Part shown: positions 13,831 through 28,499 of the stretch, one piece after another
How positions within the stretch are numbered: position 1 is the first letter of the stretch
Layout: the number at the start of each line of letters is the position of its first letter
Assembly (NCBI GenBank): GCA_964016885.1
Contig: OZ024741.1
Span: 1,364,001-1,428,000, forward strand
Direction: 5' to 3'
Length of the DNA stretch: 64,000 nucleotides
Source of the DNA: Eledone cirrhosa
Taxonomy: Eukaryota
The notes under the pieces: model-generated
The model's input: the letters and a program-made list of their open reading frames with translations, nothing else
What the model was told of the DNA's origin: nothing
Database searches by the model: none
Program-made: the position numbers and the translations under genes

Positions 13831-16800
13831 TATTAAAGGTAACATCTATCTACAGATAGATTATTAAAGGTAACATCTCCTATCTACAGATAGATTATTA
13901 AAAACAACATCTCCTACCTACAGATAGATTATTAAATATAACATCTAACTACAGATAGATTATTTAAGGTAACATCTCCTACCTACAAATAGATTATTAA
14001 AGGTAACAACTCCTACCTACAGATAGATTAGTAAAGGTAACATCTCCTACCTACAGATAGATTATTAAAGGTAACATCTACCTACAGATAGATTATTAAA
14101 GGTAACATCTACCTACAGATAGATTATTAAAGATAACATCTCCTAACTACAGATAGATTATTAAAGGTAACATCTACCTACAGATAGATTATTAAAGGTA
14201 ACAACTACCTACAGAGAGATTATTAAAGGTAACATCTCCTACCTACAGATAGATTATTAAAGGTAACATCTACCTACAGATAGATTATTAAAGGTAACAT
14301 CTCCTACCTACATATAGATTATTAAAGGTAACATCTCCTACCTACAGATAGATTATTAAAGGTAACATCGCCTACCTACAGATAGATTATTAAAGGTAAC
14401 ATCTCCTACCTACAGATAGACTATTAAAGGTAACATCTACCTACAGATAGAATATTAAAGGTAACATCTCCTACCTACAGATAGATTAATAAAAGTAACA
14501 TCTACCTACAGATAGATTATTAAAGGCAACATCTCCTACCTACAGATAGATTAATAAAAGTAACATCTCCTACCTACAGATAGATTATTAAAGGTAACAT
14601 CTACCTACAGATAGAATATTAAAGGTAACATCTCCTACCAACAGATAGATTATTAAAGGTAACATCTACCTACAGATAGGTAATTAAAGGTAACATCTAC
14701 CTACAGATAGATTATTCAAGGTAACATCTCCTACCTACATATAGATTATTAAAGGTAACATCTCCTACCTACATATAGATTATTAAAGGTAACATCTCCT
14801 ACCTACATATAGATTATTAAAGGTAACATCTCCTACCTACATATAGATTATTAAAGGTAACATCTCCTACCTACAGATAGATTATTAAAGGTAACATCTC
14901 CTACCTACATATAGATTATTAAAGGTAACATCTCCTACCTACAGATAGATTATTAAAGGTAACATCTACTTACCAATAGATTATTAAAGACAACATCTCC
15001 TGCAGATAGATTATTAAAGGTAACATCTCCTACCTACAGATAGATTATTAAAGGTAACATCTCCTAAATACAGATAGATTATTAAAGGTAACATCTACCT
15101 ACAGATAGATTATTAAAGGTAACATCTCCTACCTACAGATAGATTATTAAAGGTAACATCTCCTACCTACAGATAGATTATTAAAGGTAACATCTCCTAC
15201 CTACAGATAGATTATTAAAGGTAACATCTACCTACAGATAGATTATTAAAGGTAACATCTACCTACAGATAGATTATTAAAGGTAACATCTCCTACCTAC
15301 AGATAGATTATTAAAGGTAACATCTCCTACATACAGATAGATTATTAAAGGTAACACCTCCTACCTACAGATAGATTATTAAAGGTAACATCTACTACCT
15401 ACGGATAGATTATTAAAGACAACATCTCCTACCTACAGATAGATTATTAAAGGTAACATCTCCTACCTACAGATAGATTATTAAAGGCAACATCTCCTAC
15501 AGATAGATTATTAAAGACAACATCCCCTACCTACAAATAGATTATTAAAGGTAACATCTCCTACCTACAGATAGATTATTAAAGGTAACATCTCCTACCT
15601 ACAGATAGATTATTAAATGTAACATCTACCTACCTACAGATAGATTATAAAAGACAACATCTCCTACCTACAGATAGATTGTTAAAGGTACCATCTACCT
15701 ACAGATACATTATTAAAGGTAACATCTCCTACCTACACATAGATTATTAAAGATAACATCTACTACCTACAGTTAGATTATTAAAGGTAACATCTATCTA
15801 CAGAGAGATTATTAAAGGTAACATCTCCTACCTACAGATAGATTATTAAAGGTAACATCTACCTACAAATAGATTATTAAAGGTAACATCTCCTACCTGC
15901 AGATAGATTATTAAAGGTAACATCTCCTACCTACAGATATATTATTAAAGGTAACATCTCCTACCTACAGATAGATTATTAAAGGTAACATCTACCTACA
16001 GATAGATTATTAAAGGTAACATTACCTACAGATAGATTATTAAAGGTAACATCTCCTACCTACAGATAGATTATTAAAGGTAACATCTCCTACATACAGA
16101 TAGATTATTAAAGGTAACACCTCCTACCTACAGATAGATTATTAAAGGTAACATCTACTACCTACGGATAGATTATTAAAGACAACATCTCCTACCTACA
16201 GATAGATTATTAAAGGTAACATCTCCTACCTACAGATAGATTATTAAAGGCAACATCTCCTACAGATAGATTATTAAAGACAACATCCCCTACCTACAGA
16301 TAGATTATTAAAGGTAACATCTCCTACCTACAGATAGATTATTAAAGGTAACATCTCCTACCTACAGATAGATTATTAAATGTAACATCTACCTACCTAC
16401 AGATAGATTATAAAAGACAACATCTCCTACCTACAGATAGATTGTTAAAGGTACCATCTACCTACAGATACATTATTAAAGGTAACATCTCCTACCTACA
16501 CATAGATTATTAAAGATAACATCTACTACCTACAGTTAGATTATTAAAGGTAACATCTATCTACAGATAGATTATTAAAGGTAACATCTCCTACCTACAG
16601 ATAGATTATTAAAGGTAACATCTACCTACAAATAGATTATTAAAGGTAACATCTCCTACCTGCAGATAGATTATTAAAGGTAACATCTCCTACCTACAGA
16701 TAGATTATTAAAGGTAACATCTCCTACCTACAGATAGATTATTAAATGTAACATCTACCTACCTACAGATAGATTATAAAAGACAACATCTCCTACCTAC

Positions 16801-19800
16801 AGATAGATTGTTAAAGGTACCATCTACCTACAGATACATTATTAAAGGTAACATCTCCTACCTACACATAGATTATTAAAGATAACATCTACTACCTACA
16901 GTTAGATTATTAAAGGTAACATCTATCTACAGATAGATTATTAAAGGTAACATCTCCTACCTACAGATAGATTATTAAAGGTAACATCTACCTACAAATA
17001 GATTATTAAAGGTAACATCTCCCACCTGCAGATAGATTATTAAAGGTAACATCTCCTACCTACAGATAGATTATTAAAGGTAACATCTACCTACAGATAG
17101 ATTATTAAAGGTAACATCTCCTACCTACAGATAGATCATTAAAGGTAACATCTACCTACAGATAGATTATTAAAAGTAACATCTCCTACATACAGATAGA
17201 TTATTAAAGGTAACATCTACTACCTACAGATAGATTATTAAAGGTAACATCTCCTACCTACAGATAGATTATTAAAGGTAACATCTCCTACCTACAGATA
17301 GATTATTAAAGGTAACATCTACTACCTACGGATAGATTATTAAAGACAACATCTCCTACCTACAGATAGATTATTAAAGGTAACATCTCCTACCTACAGA
17401 TAGATTATTAAAGGCAACATCTCCTACAGATAGATTATTAAAGACAACATCCCCTACCTACAGATAGATTATTAAAGGTAACATCTCCTACCTACAGATA
17501 GATTATTAAAGGTAACATCTCCTACCTACAGATAGATTATTAAATGTAACATCTACCTACCTACAGATAGATTATAAAAGACAACATCTCCTACCTACAG
17601 ATAGATTGTTAAAGGTACCATCTACCTACAGATACATTATTAAAGGTAACATCTCCTACCTACACATAGATTATTAAAGATAACATCTACTACCTACAGT
17701 TAGATTATTAAAGGTAACATCTATCTACAGATAGATTATTAAAGGTAACATCTCCTACCTACAGATAGATTATTAAAGGTAACATCTACCTACAAATAGA
17801 TTATTAAAGGTAACATCTCCTACCTGCAGATAGATTATTAAAGGTAACATCTCCTACCTACAGATAGATTATTAAAGGTAACATCTCCTACCTACAGATA
17901 GATTATTAAATGTAACATCTACCTACCTACAGATAGATTATAAAAGACAACATCTCCTACCTACAGATAGATTGTTAAAGGTACCATCTACCTACAGATA
18001 CATTATTAAAGGTAACATCTCCTACCTACACATAGATTATTAAAGATAACATCTACTACCTACAGTTAGATTATTAAAGGTAACATCTATCTACAGATAG
18101 ATTATTAAAGGTAACATCTCCTACCTACAGATAGATTATTAAAGGTAACATCTACCTACAAATAGATTATTAAAGGTAACATCTCCCACCTGCAGATAGA
18201 TTATTAAAGGTAACATCTCCTACCTACAGATAGATTATTAAAGGTAACATCTACCTACAGATAGATTATTAAAGGTAACATCTCCTACCTACAGATAGAT
18301 CATTAAAGGTAACATCTACCTACAGATAGATTATTAAAAGTAACATCTCCTACATACAGATAGATTATTAAAGGTAACATCTACTACCTACAGATAGATT
18401 ATTAAAGGTAACATCTCCTACCTACAGATAGATTATTAAAGGTAACATCTCCTACCTACAGATAGATTATTAAAGGTAACATCTACTACCTACGGATAGA
18501 TTATTAAAGACAACATCTCCTACCTACAGATAGATTATTAAAGGTAACATCTCCTACCTACAGATAGATTATTAAAGGCAACATCTCCTACAGATAGATT
18601 ATTAAAGACAACATCCCCTACCTACAGATAGATTATTAAAGGTAACATCTCCTACCTACAGATAGATTATTAAAGGTAACATCTCCTACCTACAGATAGA
18701 TTATTAAATGTAACATCTACCTACCTACAGATAGATTATAAAAGACAACATCTCCTACCTACAGATAGATTGTTAAAGGTACCATCTACCTACAGATACA
18801 TTATTAAAGGTAACATCTCCTACCTACACATAGATTATTAAAGATAACATCTACTACCTACAGTTAGATTATTAAAGGTAACATCTATCTACAGATAGAT
18901 TATTAAAGGTAACATCTCCTACCTACAGATAGATTATTAAAGGTAACATCTACCTACAAATAGATTATTAAAGGTAACATCTCCTACCTGCAGATAGATT
19001 ATTAAAGGTAACATCTCCTACCTACAGATAGATTATTAAAGGTAACATCTCCTACCTACAGATAGATTATTAAATGTAACATCTACCTACCTACAGATAG
19101 ATTATAAAAGACAACATCTCCTACCTACAGATAGATTGTTAAAGGTACCATCTACCTACAGATACATTATTAAAGGTAACATCTCCTACCTACACATAGA
19201 TTATTAAAGATAACATCTACTACCTACAGTTAGATTATTAAAGGTAACATCTATCTACAGATAGATTATTAAAGGTAACATCTCCTACCTACAGATAGAT
19301 TATTAAAGGTAACATCTACCTACAAATAGATTATTAAAGGTAACATCTCCCACCTGCAGATAGATTATTAAAGGTAACATCTCCTACCTACAGATAGATT
19401 ATTAAAGGTAACATCTACCTACAGATAGATTATTAAAGGTAACATCTCCTACCTACAGATAGATCATTAAAGGTAACATCTACCTACAGATAGATTATTA
19501 AAAGTAACATCTCCTACATACAGATAGATTATTAAAGGTAACATCTACTACCTACAGATAGATTATTAAAGGTAACATCTCCTACCTACAGATAGATTAT
19601 TAAAGGTAACATCTCCTACCTACAGATAGATTATTAAAGGTAACATCTCCTACCTACAGATAGATTATTAAAGGTAACATCTACCTACAGATAGATTATT
19701 AAAGGTAACATCTCCTACCTACAGATAGATTATTAAAGGTAACATCTACCTACAGATAGATTATTAAAGGTAACATCTACTACCTACAGATAGATTATTA

Positions 19801-22629
19801 AAGGTAACATCTCCTACCTACAGATAGATTATTAAAGGTAACATCTCCTACCTACAGATAGATTATTAAAGGTAACATCTCCTACCTACAGATAGATTAT
19901 TAAAGGTAACATCTACCTACAGATAGATTATAAAAAACAATATCTCCTACCTACAGATAGATTATTAAAGGTAACATCTACCTACAGATAGATAATTAAA
20001 GGTAACATCTACCTACAGATAGATTATTAAAGGTAACATCTACCTACAGATAGATTATTAAAGGTAACATCTACTACCTACAGATAGATTATTAAAGGTA
20101 ACATCTACTACCTACGGATAGATTATTAAAGACAACATCTCCTACCTACAGATAGATTATTAAAGGTAACATCTCCTACCTACAGATAGATTATTAAAGG
20201 CAACATCTCCTACAGATAGATTATTAAAGACAACATCCCCTACCTACAGATAGATTATTAAAGGTAACATCTCCTACCTACAGATAGATTATTAAAGGTA
20301 ACATCTCCTACCTACAGATAGATTATTAAATGTAACATCTACCTACCTACAGATAGATTATAAAAGACAACATCTCCTACCTACAGATAGATTGTTAAAG
20401 GTACCATCTACCTACAGATACATTATTAAAGGTAACATCTCCTACCTACACATAGATTATTAAAGATAACATCTACTACCTACAGTTAGATTATTAAAGG
20501 TAACATCTATCTACAGATAGATTATTAAAGGTAACATCTCCTACCTACAGATAGATTATTAAAGGTAACATCTACCTACAAATAGATTATTAAAGGTAAC
20601 ATCTCCTACCTGCAGATAGATTATTAAAGGTAACATCTCCTACCTACAGATAGATTATTAAAGGTAACATCTCCTACCTACAGATAGATTATTAAATGTA
20701 ACATCTACCTACCTACAGATAGATTATAAAAGACAACATCTCCTACCTACAGATAGATTGTTAAAGGTACCATCTACCTACAGATACATTATTAAAGGTA
20801 ACATCTCCTACCTACACATAGATTATTAAAGATAACATCTACTACCTACAGTTAGATTATTAAAGGTAACATCTATCTACAGATAGATTATTAAAGGTAA
20901 CATCTCCTACCTACAGATAGATTATTAAAGGTAACATCTACCTACAAATAGATTATTAAAGGTAACATCTCCCACCTGCAGATAGATTATTAAAGGTAAC
21001 ATCACCTACCTACAGATAGATTATTAAAGGTAACATCTACCTACAGATAGATTATTAAAGGTAACATCTCCTACCTACAGATAGATCATTAAAGGTAACA
21101 TCTACCTACAGATAGATTATTAAAAGTAACATCTCCTACATACAGATAGATTATTAAAGGTAACATCTACTACCTACAGATAGATTATTAAAGGTAACAT
21201 CTCCTACCTACAGATAGATTATTAAAGGTAACATCTCCTACCTACAGATAGATTATTAAAGGTAACATCTCCTACCTACAGATAGATTATTAAAGGTAAC
21301 ATCTACCTACAGATAGATTATTAAAGGTAACATCTCCTACCTACAGATAGATTATTAAAGGTAACATCTACCTACAGATAGATTATTAAAGGTAACATCT
21401 ACTACCTACAGATAGATTATTAAAGGTAACATCTCCTACCTACAGATAGATTATTAAAGGTAACATCTCCTACCTACAGATAGATTATTAAAGGTAACAT
21501 CTCCTACCTACAGATAGATTATTAAAGGTAACATCTACCTACAGATAGATTATAAAAAACAATATCTCCTACCTACAGATAGATTATTAAAGGTAACATC
21601 TACCTACAGATAGATAATTAAAGGTAACATCTACCTACAGATAGATTATTAAAGGTAACATCTACCTACAGATAGATTATTAAAGGTAACATCTACTACC
21701 TACAGATAGATTATTAAAGGTAACATCTCCTACCTACAGATAGATTATTAAAGGTAACTTCTACCTACAGATAGATTATTAAATGTAACATCTCCTACCT
21801 ACAGATAGATTATTAAAGGTAACATCTCCTACCTACAGATAGATTATTAAAGGTAACATCTCCTACCTACAGATAGATTATTAAAGGTAACATCTCCTGC
21901 CTTACAGATAGATTATTAAAGGTAACATCTACCTACAGATAGATTATTAAAGGTAACATCTACTTACAGATAGATTATTAAAGGTAACATCTCCTACCTA
22001 CAGATAGATTATTAAAGACAACATCTCCTACCTACAGATAGATTATTAAAGGTAACATCTACCTACAGATAGATTATTAAAGGTAACATCTCCTAATTAC
22101 AGATAGATTATTAAAGACAACATCTCCTACCTACAGATAGATTATTAAAGGTAACATCTACCTACAGATAGATGATTAAACTTAACATCTCCTACCTACA
22201 GATAGATTATTAAAGGTAACATCTAACTACAGATAGATTATTAAAGGTAACATCTCCTACCTACAGATGGATTATTAAAGGTAACATCTCCTACCTACAG
22301 ATAGATTATTAAAGGTAACATCTCCCACCTACAGATAGATTATTAAAGGTAATATCTACCTACAGATAGATTATTAAAAGTAACATCTCCTACCTACAGA
22401 TAGATTATTAAAGGTAACATCTACCTACAGATAGATTATTAAAGGTAACATCTCCTATCTACAGATAGATTATTAAAGGTAACATCTCCTACCTACAGAT
22501 AGATTATTAAAGGTAACATCTCCTACCTACAGATAGATTATTAAAGGTAACATCTACCTACAGATAGATTATTAAAGACAACATCTCCTACCTACAGATA
22601 GATTATTAAAGGTAACATCTACCTACAGA

Positions 22630-25600
22630 TAGATTATTAAAGGTAACACCTCCTACCTACAGATAGATTATTAAAGGTAACATCTACTACCTACGGATAG
22701 ATTATTAAAGACAACATCTCCTACCTACAGATAGATTATTAAAGGTAACATCTCCTACCTACAGATAGATTATTAAAGGCAACATCTCCTACAGATAGAT
22801 TATTAAAGACAACATCCCCTACCTACAAATAGATTATTAAAGGTAACATCTCCTACCTACAGATAGATTATTAAAGGTAACATCTCCTACCTACAGATAG
22901 ATTATTAAATGTAACATCTACCTACATACAGATAGATTATAAAAGACAACATCTCCTACCTACAGATAGATTGTTAAAGGTACCATCTACCTACAGATAC
23001 ATTATTAAAGGTAACATCTCCTACCTACACATAGATTATTAAAGATAACATCTACTACCTACAGTTAGATTATTAAAGGTAACATCTATCTACAGAGAGA
23101 TTATTAAAGGTAACATCTCCTACCTACAGATAGATTATTAAAGGTAACATCTACCTACAAATAGATTATTAAAGGTAACATCTCCTACCTGCAGATAGAT
23201 TATTAAAGGTAACATCTCCTACCTACAGATATATTATTAAAGGTAACATCTCCTACCTACAGATAGATTATTAAAGGTAACATCTACCTACAGATAGATT
23301 ATTAAAGGTAACATTACCTACAGATAGATTATTAAAGGTAACATCTCCTACCTACAGATAGATTATTAAAGGTAACATCTCCTACATACAGATAGATTAT
23401 TAAAGGTAACACCTCCTACCTACAGATAGATTATTAAAGGTAACATCTACTACCTACGGATAGATTATTAAAGACAACATCTCCTACCTACAGATAGATT
23501 ATTAAAGGTAACATCTCCTACCTACAGATAGATTATTAAAGGCAACATCTCCTACAGATAGATTATTAAAGACAACATCCCCTACCTACAGATAGATTAT
23601 TAAAGGTAACATCTCCTACCTACAGATAGATTATTAAAGGTAACATCTCCTACCTACAGATAGATTATTAAATGTAACATCTACCTACCTACAGATAGAT
23701 TATAAAAGACAACATCTCCTACCTACAGATAGATTGTTAAAGGTACCATCTACCTACAGATACATTATTAAAGGTAACATCTCCTACCTACACATAGATT
23801 ATTAAAGATAACATCTACTACCTACAGTTAGATTATTAAAGGTAACATCTATCTACAGATAGATTATTAAAGGTAACATCTCCTACCTACAGATAGATTA
23901 TTAAAGGTAACATCTACCTACAAATAGATTATTAAAGGTAACATCTCCTACCTGCAGATAGATTATTAAAGGTAACATCTCCTACCTACAGATAGATTAT
24001 TAAAGGTAACATCTCCTACCTACAGATAGATTATTAAATGTAACATCTACCTACCTACAGATAGATTATAAAAGACAACATCTCCTACCTACAGATAGAT
24101 TGTTAAAGGTACCATCTACCTACAGATACATTATTAAAGGTAACATCTCCTACCTACACATAGATTATTAAAGATAACATCTACTACCTACAGTTAGATT
24201 ATTAAAGGTAACATCTATCTACAGATAGATTATTAAAGGTAACATCTCCTACCTACAGATAGATTATTAAAGGTAACATCTACCTACAAATAGATTATTA
24301 AAGGTAACATCTCCCACCTGCAGATAGATTATTAAAGGTAACATCTCCTACCTACAGATAGATTATTAAAGGTAACATCTACCTACAGATAGATTATTAA
24401 AGGTAACATCTCCTACCTACAGATAGATCATTAAAGGTAACATCTACCTACAGATAGATTATTAAAAGTAACATCTCCTACATACAGATAGATTATTAAA
24501 GGTAACATCTACTACCTACAGATAGATTATTAAAGGTAACATCTCCTACCTACAGATAGATTATTAAAGGTAACATCTCCTACCTACAGATAGATTATTA
24601 AAGGTAACATCTACTACCTACGGATAGATTATTAAAGACAACATCTCCTACCTACAGATAGATTATTAAAGGTAACATCTCCTACCTACAGATAGATTAT
24701 TAAAGGCAACATCTCCTACAGATAGATTATTAAAGACAACATCCCCTACCTACAGATAGATTATTAAAGGTAACATCTCCTACCTACAGATAGATTATTA
24801 AAGGTAACATCTCCTACCTACAGATAGATTATTAAATGTAACATCTACCTACCTACAGATAGATTATAAAAGACAACATCTCCTACCTACAGATAGATTG
24901 TTAAAGGTACCATCTACCTACAGATACATTATTAAAGGTAACATCTCCTACCTACACATAGATTATTAAAGATAACATCTACTACCTACAGTTAGATTAT
25001 TAAAGGTAACATCTATCTACAGATAGATTATTAAAGGTAACATCTCCTACCTACAGATAGATTATTAAAGGTAACATCTACCTACAAATAGATTATTAAA
25101 GGTAACATCTCCTACCTGCAGATAGATTATTAAAGGTAACATCTCCTACCTACAGATAGATTATTAAAGGTAACATCTCCTACCTACAGATAGATTATTA
25201 AATGTAACATCTACCTACCTACAGATAGATTATAAAAGACAACATCTCCTACCTACAGATAGATTGTTAAAGGTACCATCTACCTACAGATACATTATTA
25301 AAGGTAACATCTCCTACCTACACATAGATTATTAAAGATAACATCTACTACCTACAGTTAGATTATTAAAGGTAACATCTATCTACAGATAGATTATTAA
25401 AGGTAACATCTCCTACCTACAGATAGATTATTAAAGGTAACATCTACCTACAAATAGATTATTAAAGGTAACATCTCCCACCTGCAGATAGATTATTAAA
25501 GGTAACATCTCCTACCTACAGATAGATTATTAAAGGTAACATCTACCTACAGATAGATTATTAAAGGTAACATCTCCTACCTACAGATAGATCATTAAAG

Positions 25601-27600
25601 GTAACATCTACCTACAGATAGATTATTAAAAGTAACATCTCCTACATACAGATAGATTATTAAAGGTAACATCTACTACCTACAGATAGATTATTAAAGG
25701 TAACATCTCCTACCTACAGATAGATTATTAAAGGTAACATCTCCTACCTACAGATAGATTATTAAAGGTAACATCTCCTACCTACAGATAGATTATTAAA
25801 GGTAACATCTACCTACAGATAGATTATTAAAGGTAACATCTCCTACCTACAGATAGATTATTAAAGGTAACATCTACCTACAGATAGATTATTAAAGGTA
25901 ACATCTACTACCTACAGATAGATTATTAAAGGTAACATCTCCTACCTACAGATAGATTATTAAAGGTAACATCTCCTACCTACAGATAGATTATTAAAGG
26001 TAACATCTCCTACCTACAGATAGATTATTAAAGGTAACATCTACCTACAGATAGATTATAAAAAACAATATCTCCTACCTACAGATAGATTATTAAAGGT
26101 AACATCTACCTACAGATAGATAATTAAAGGTAACATCTACCTACAGATAGATTATTAAAGGTAACATCTACCTACAGATAGATTATTAAAGGTAACATCT
26201 ACTACCTACAGATAGATTATTAAAGGTAACATCTACTACCTACGGATAGATTATTAAAGACAACATCTCCTACCTACAGATAGATTATTAAAGGTAACAT
26301 CTCCTACCTACAGATAGATTATTAAAGGCAACATCTCCTACAGATAGATTATTAAAGACAACATCCCCTACCTACAGATAGATTATTAAAGGTAACATCT
26401 CCTACCTACAGATAGATTATTAAAGGTAACATCTCCTACCTACAGATAGATTATTAAATGTAACATCTACCTACCTACAGATAGATTATAAAAGACAACA
26501 TCTCCTACCTACAGATAGATTGTTAAAGGTACCATCTACCTACAGATACATTATTAAAGGTAACATCTCCTACCTACACATAGATTATTAAAGATAACAT
26601 CTACTACCTACAGTTAGATTATTAAAGGTAACATCTATCTACAGATAGATTATTAAAGGTAACATCTCCTACCTACAGATAGATTATTAAAGGTAACATC
26701 TACCTACAAATAGATTATTAAAGGTAACATCTCCTACCTGCAGATAGATTATTAAAGGTAACATCTCCTACCTACAGATAGATTATTAAAGGTAACATCT
26801 CCTACCTACAGATAGATTATTAAATGTAACATCTACCTACCTACAGATAGATTATAAAAGACAACATCTCCTACCTACAGATAGATTGTTAAAGGTACCA
26901 TCTACCTACAGATACATTATTAAAGGTAACATCTCCTACCTACACATAGATTATTAAAGATAACATCTACTACCTACAGTTAGATTATTAAAGGTAACAT
27001 CTATCTACAGATAGATTATTAAAGGTAACATCTCCTACCTACAGATAGATTATTAAAGGTAACATCTACCTACAAATAGATTATTAAAGGTAACATCTCC
27101 CACCTGCAGATAGATTATTAAAGGTAACATCTCCTACCTACAGATAGATTATTAAAGGTAACATCTACCTACAGATAGATTATTAAAGGTAACATCTCCT
27201 ACCTACAGATAGATCATTAAAGGTAACATCTACCTACAGATAGATTATTAAAAGTAACATCTCCTACATACAGATAGATTATTAAAGGTAACATCTACTA
27301 CCTACAGATAGATTATTAAAGGTAACATCTCCTACCTACAGATAGATTATTAAAGGTAACATCTCCTACCTACAGATAGATTATTAAAGGTAACATCTCC
27401 TACCTACAGATAGATTATTAAAGGTAACATCTACCTACAGATAGATTATTAAAGGTAACATCTCCTACCTACAGATAGATTATTAAAGGTAACATCTACC
27501 TACAGATAGATTATTAAAGGTAACATCTACTACCTACAGATAGATTATTAAAGGTAACATCTCCTACCTACAGATAGATTATTAAAGGTAACATCTCCTA
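22630..27600. repeat. Third copy of the 3.1-9.3 kb segment, lacking one 1164-bp unit
   Basis: The rare markers CAGAGAGATT, GATATATT and ACATTACCT recur 7292 bp after the 15.8-16.0 kb set. Downstream the TATAAAAAACAATAT marker offset falls to ~6128 (7292 minus 1164). Confidence 0.8.
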
Positions 27601-28499
27601 CCTACAGATAGATTATTAAAGGTAACATCTACCTACAGATAGATTATTAAAGGTAACATCTCCTACCTACAGATAGATTATTAAAGGTAACATCTACCTA
27701 CAGATAGATTATTAAAGGTAACATCTACTACCTACAGATAGATTATTAAAGGTAACATCTCCCACCTGCAGATAGATTATTAAAGGTAACATCTCCTACC
27801 TACAGATAGATTATTAAAGGTAACATCTACCTACAGATAGATTATTAAAGGTAACATCTCCTACCTACAGATAGATCATTAAAGGTAACATCTACCTACA
27901 GATAGATTATTAAAAGTAACATCTCCTACATACAGATAGATTATTAAAGGTAACATCTACTACCTACAGATAGATTATTAAAGGTAACATCTCCTACCTA
28001 CAGATAGATTATTAAAGGTAACATCTCCTACCTACAGATAGATTATTAAAGGTAACATCTCCTACCTACAGATAGATTATTAAAGGTAACATCTACCTAC
28101 AGATAGATTATTAAAGGTAACATCTCCTACCTACAGATAGATTATTAAAGGTAACATCTACCTACAGATAGATTATTAAAGGTAACATCTACTACCTACA
28201 GATAGATTATTAAAGGTAACATCTCCTACCTACAGATAGATTATTAAAGGTAACATCTCCTACCTACAGATAGATTATTAAAGGTAACATCTCCTACCTA
28301 CAGATAGATTATTAAAGGTAACATCTACCTACAGATAGATTATAAAAAACAATATCTCCTACCTACAGATAGATTATTAAAGGTAACATCTACCTACAGA
28401 TAGATAATTAAAGGTAACATCTACCTACAGATAGATTATTAAAGGTAACATCTACCTACAGATAGATTATTAAAGGTAACATCTACTACCTACAGATAG

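Larger units (their letters stand above)
1..22750. repeat. ~11.6-12.2-kb top-level duplication (1-~10540 vs ~11642-~22750)
   Basis: Marker offsets are 11641 (GATC 110/11751), 12071 (CATCG 2299/14370) and 12207 (GTAACAC 3144/15351 onward). The steps equal a 430-bp and a 136-bp whole-monomer difference between the copies. Confidence 0.87.
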
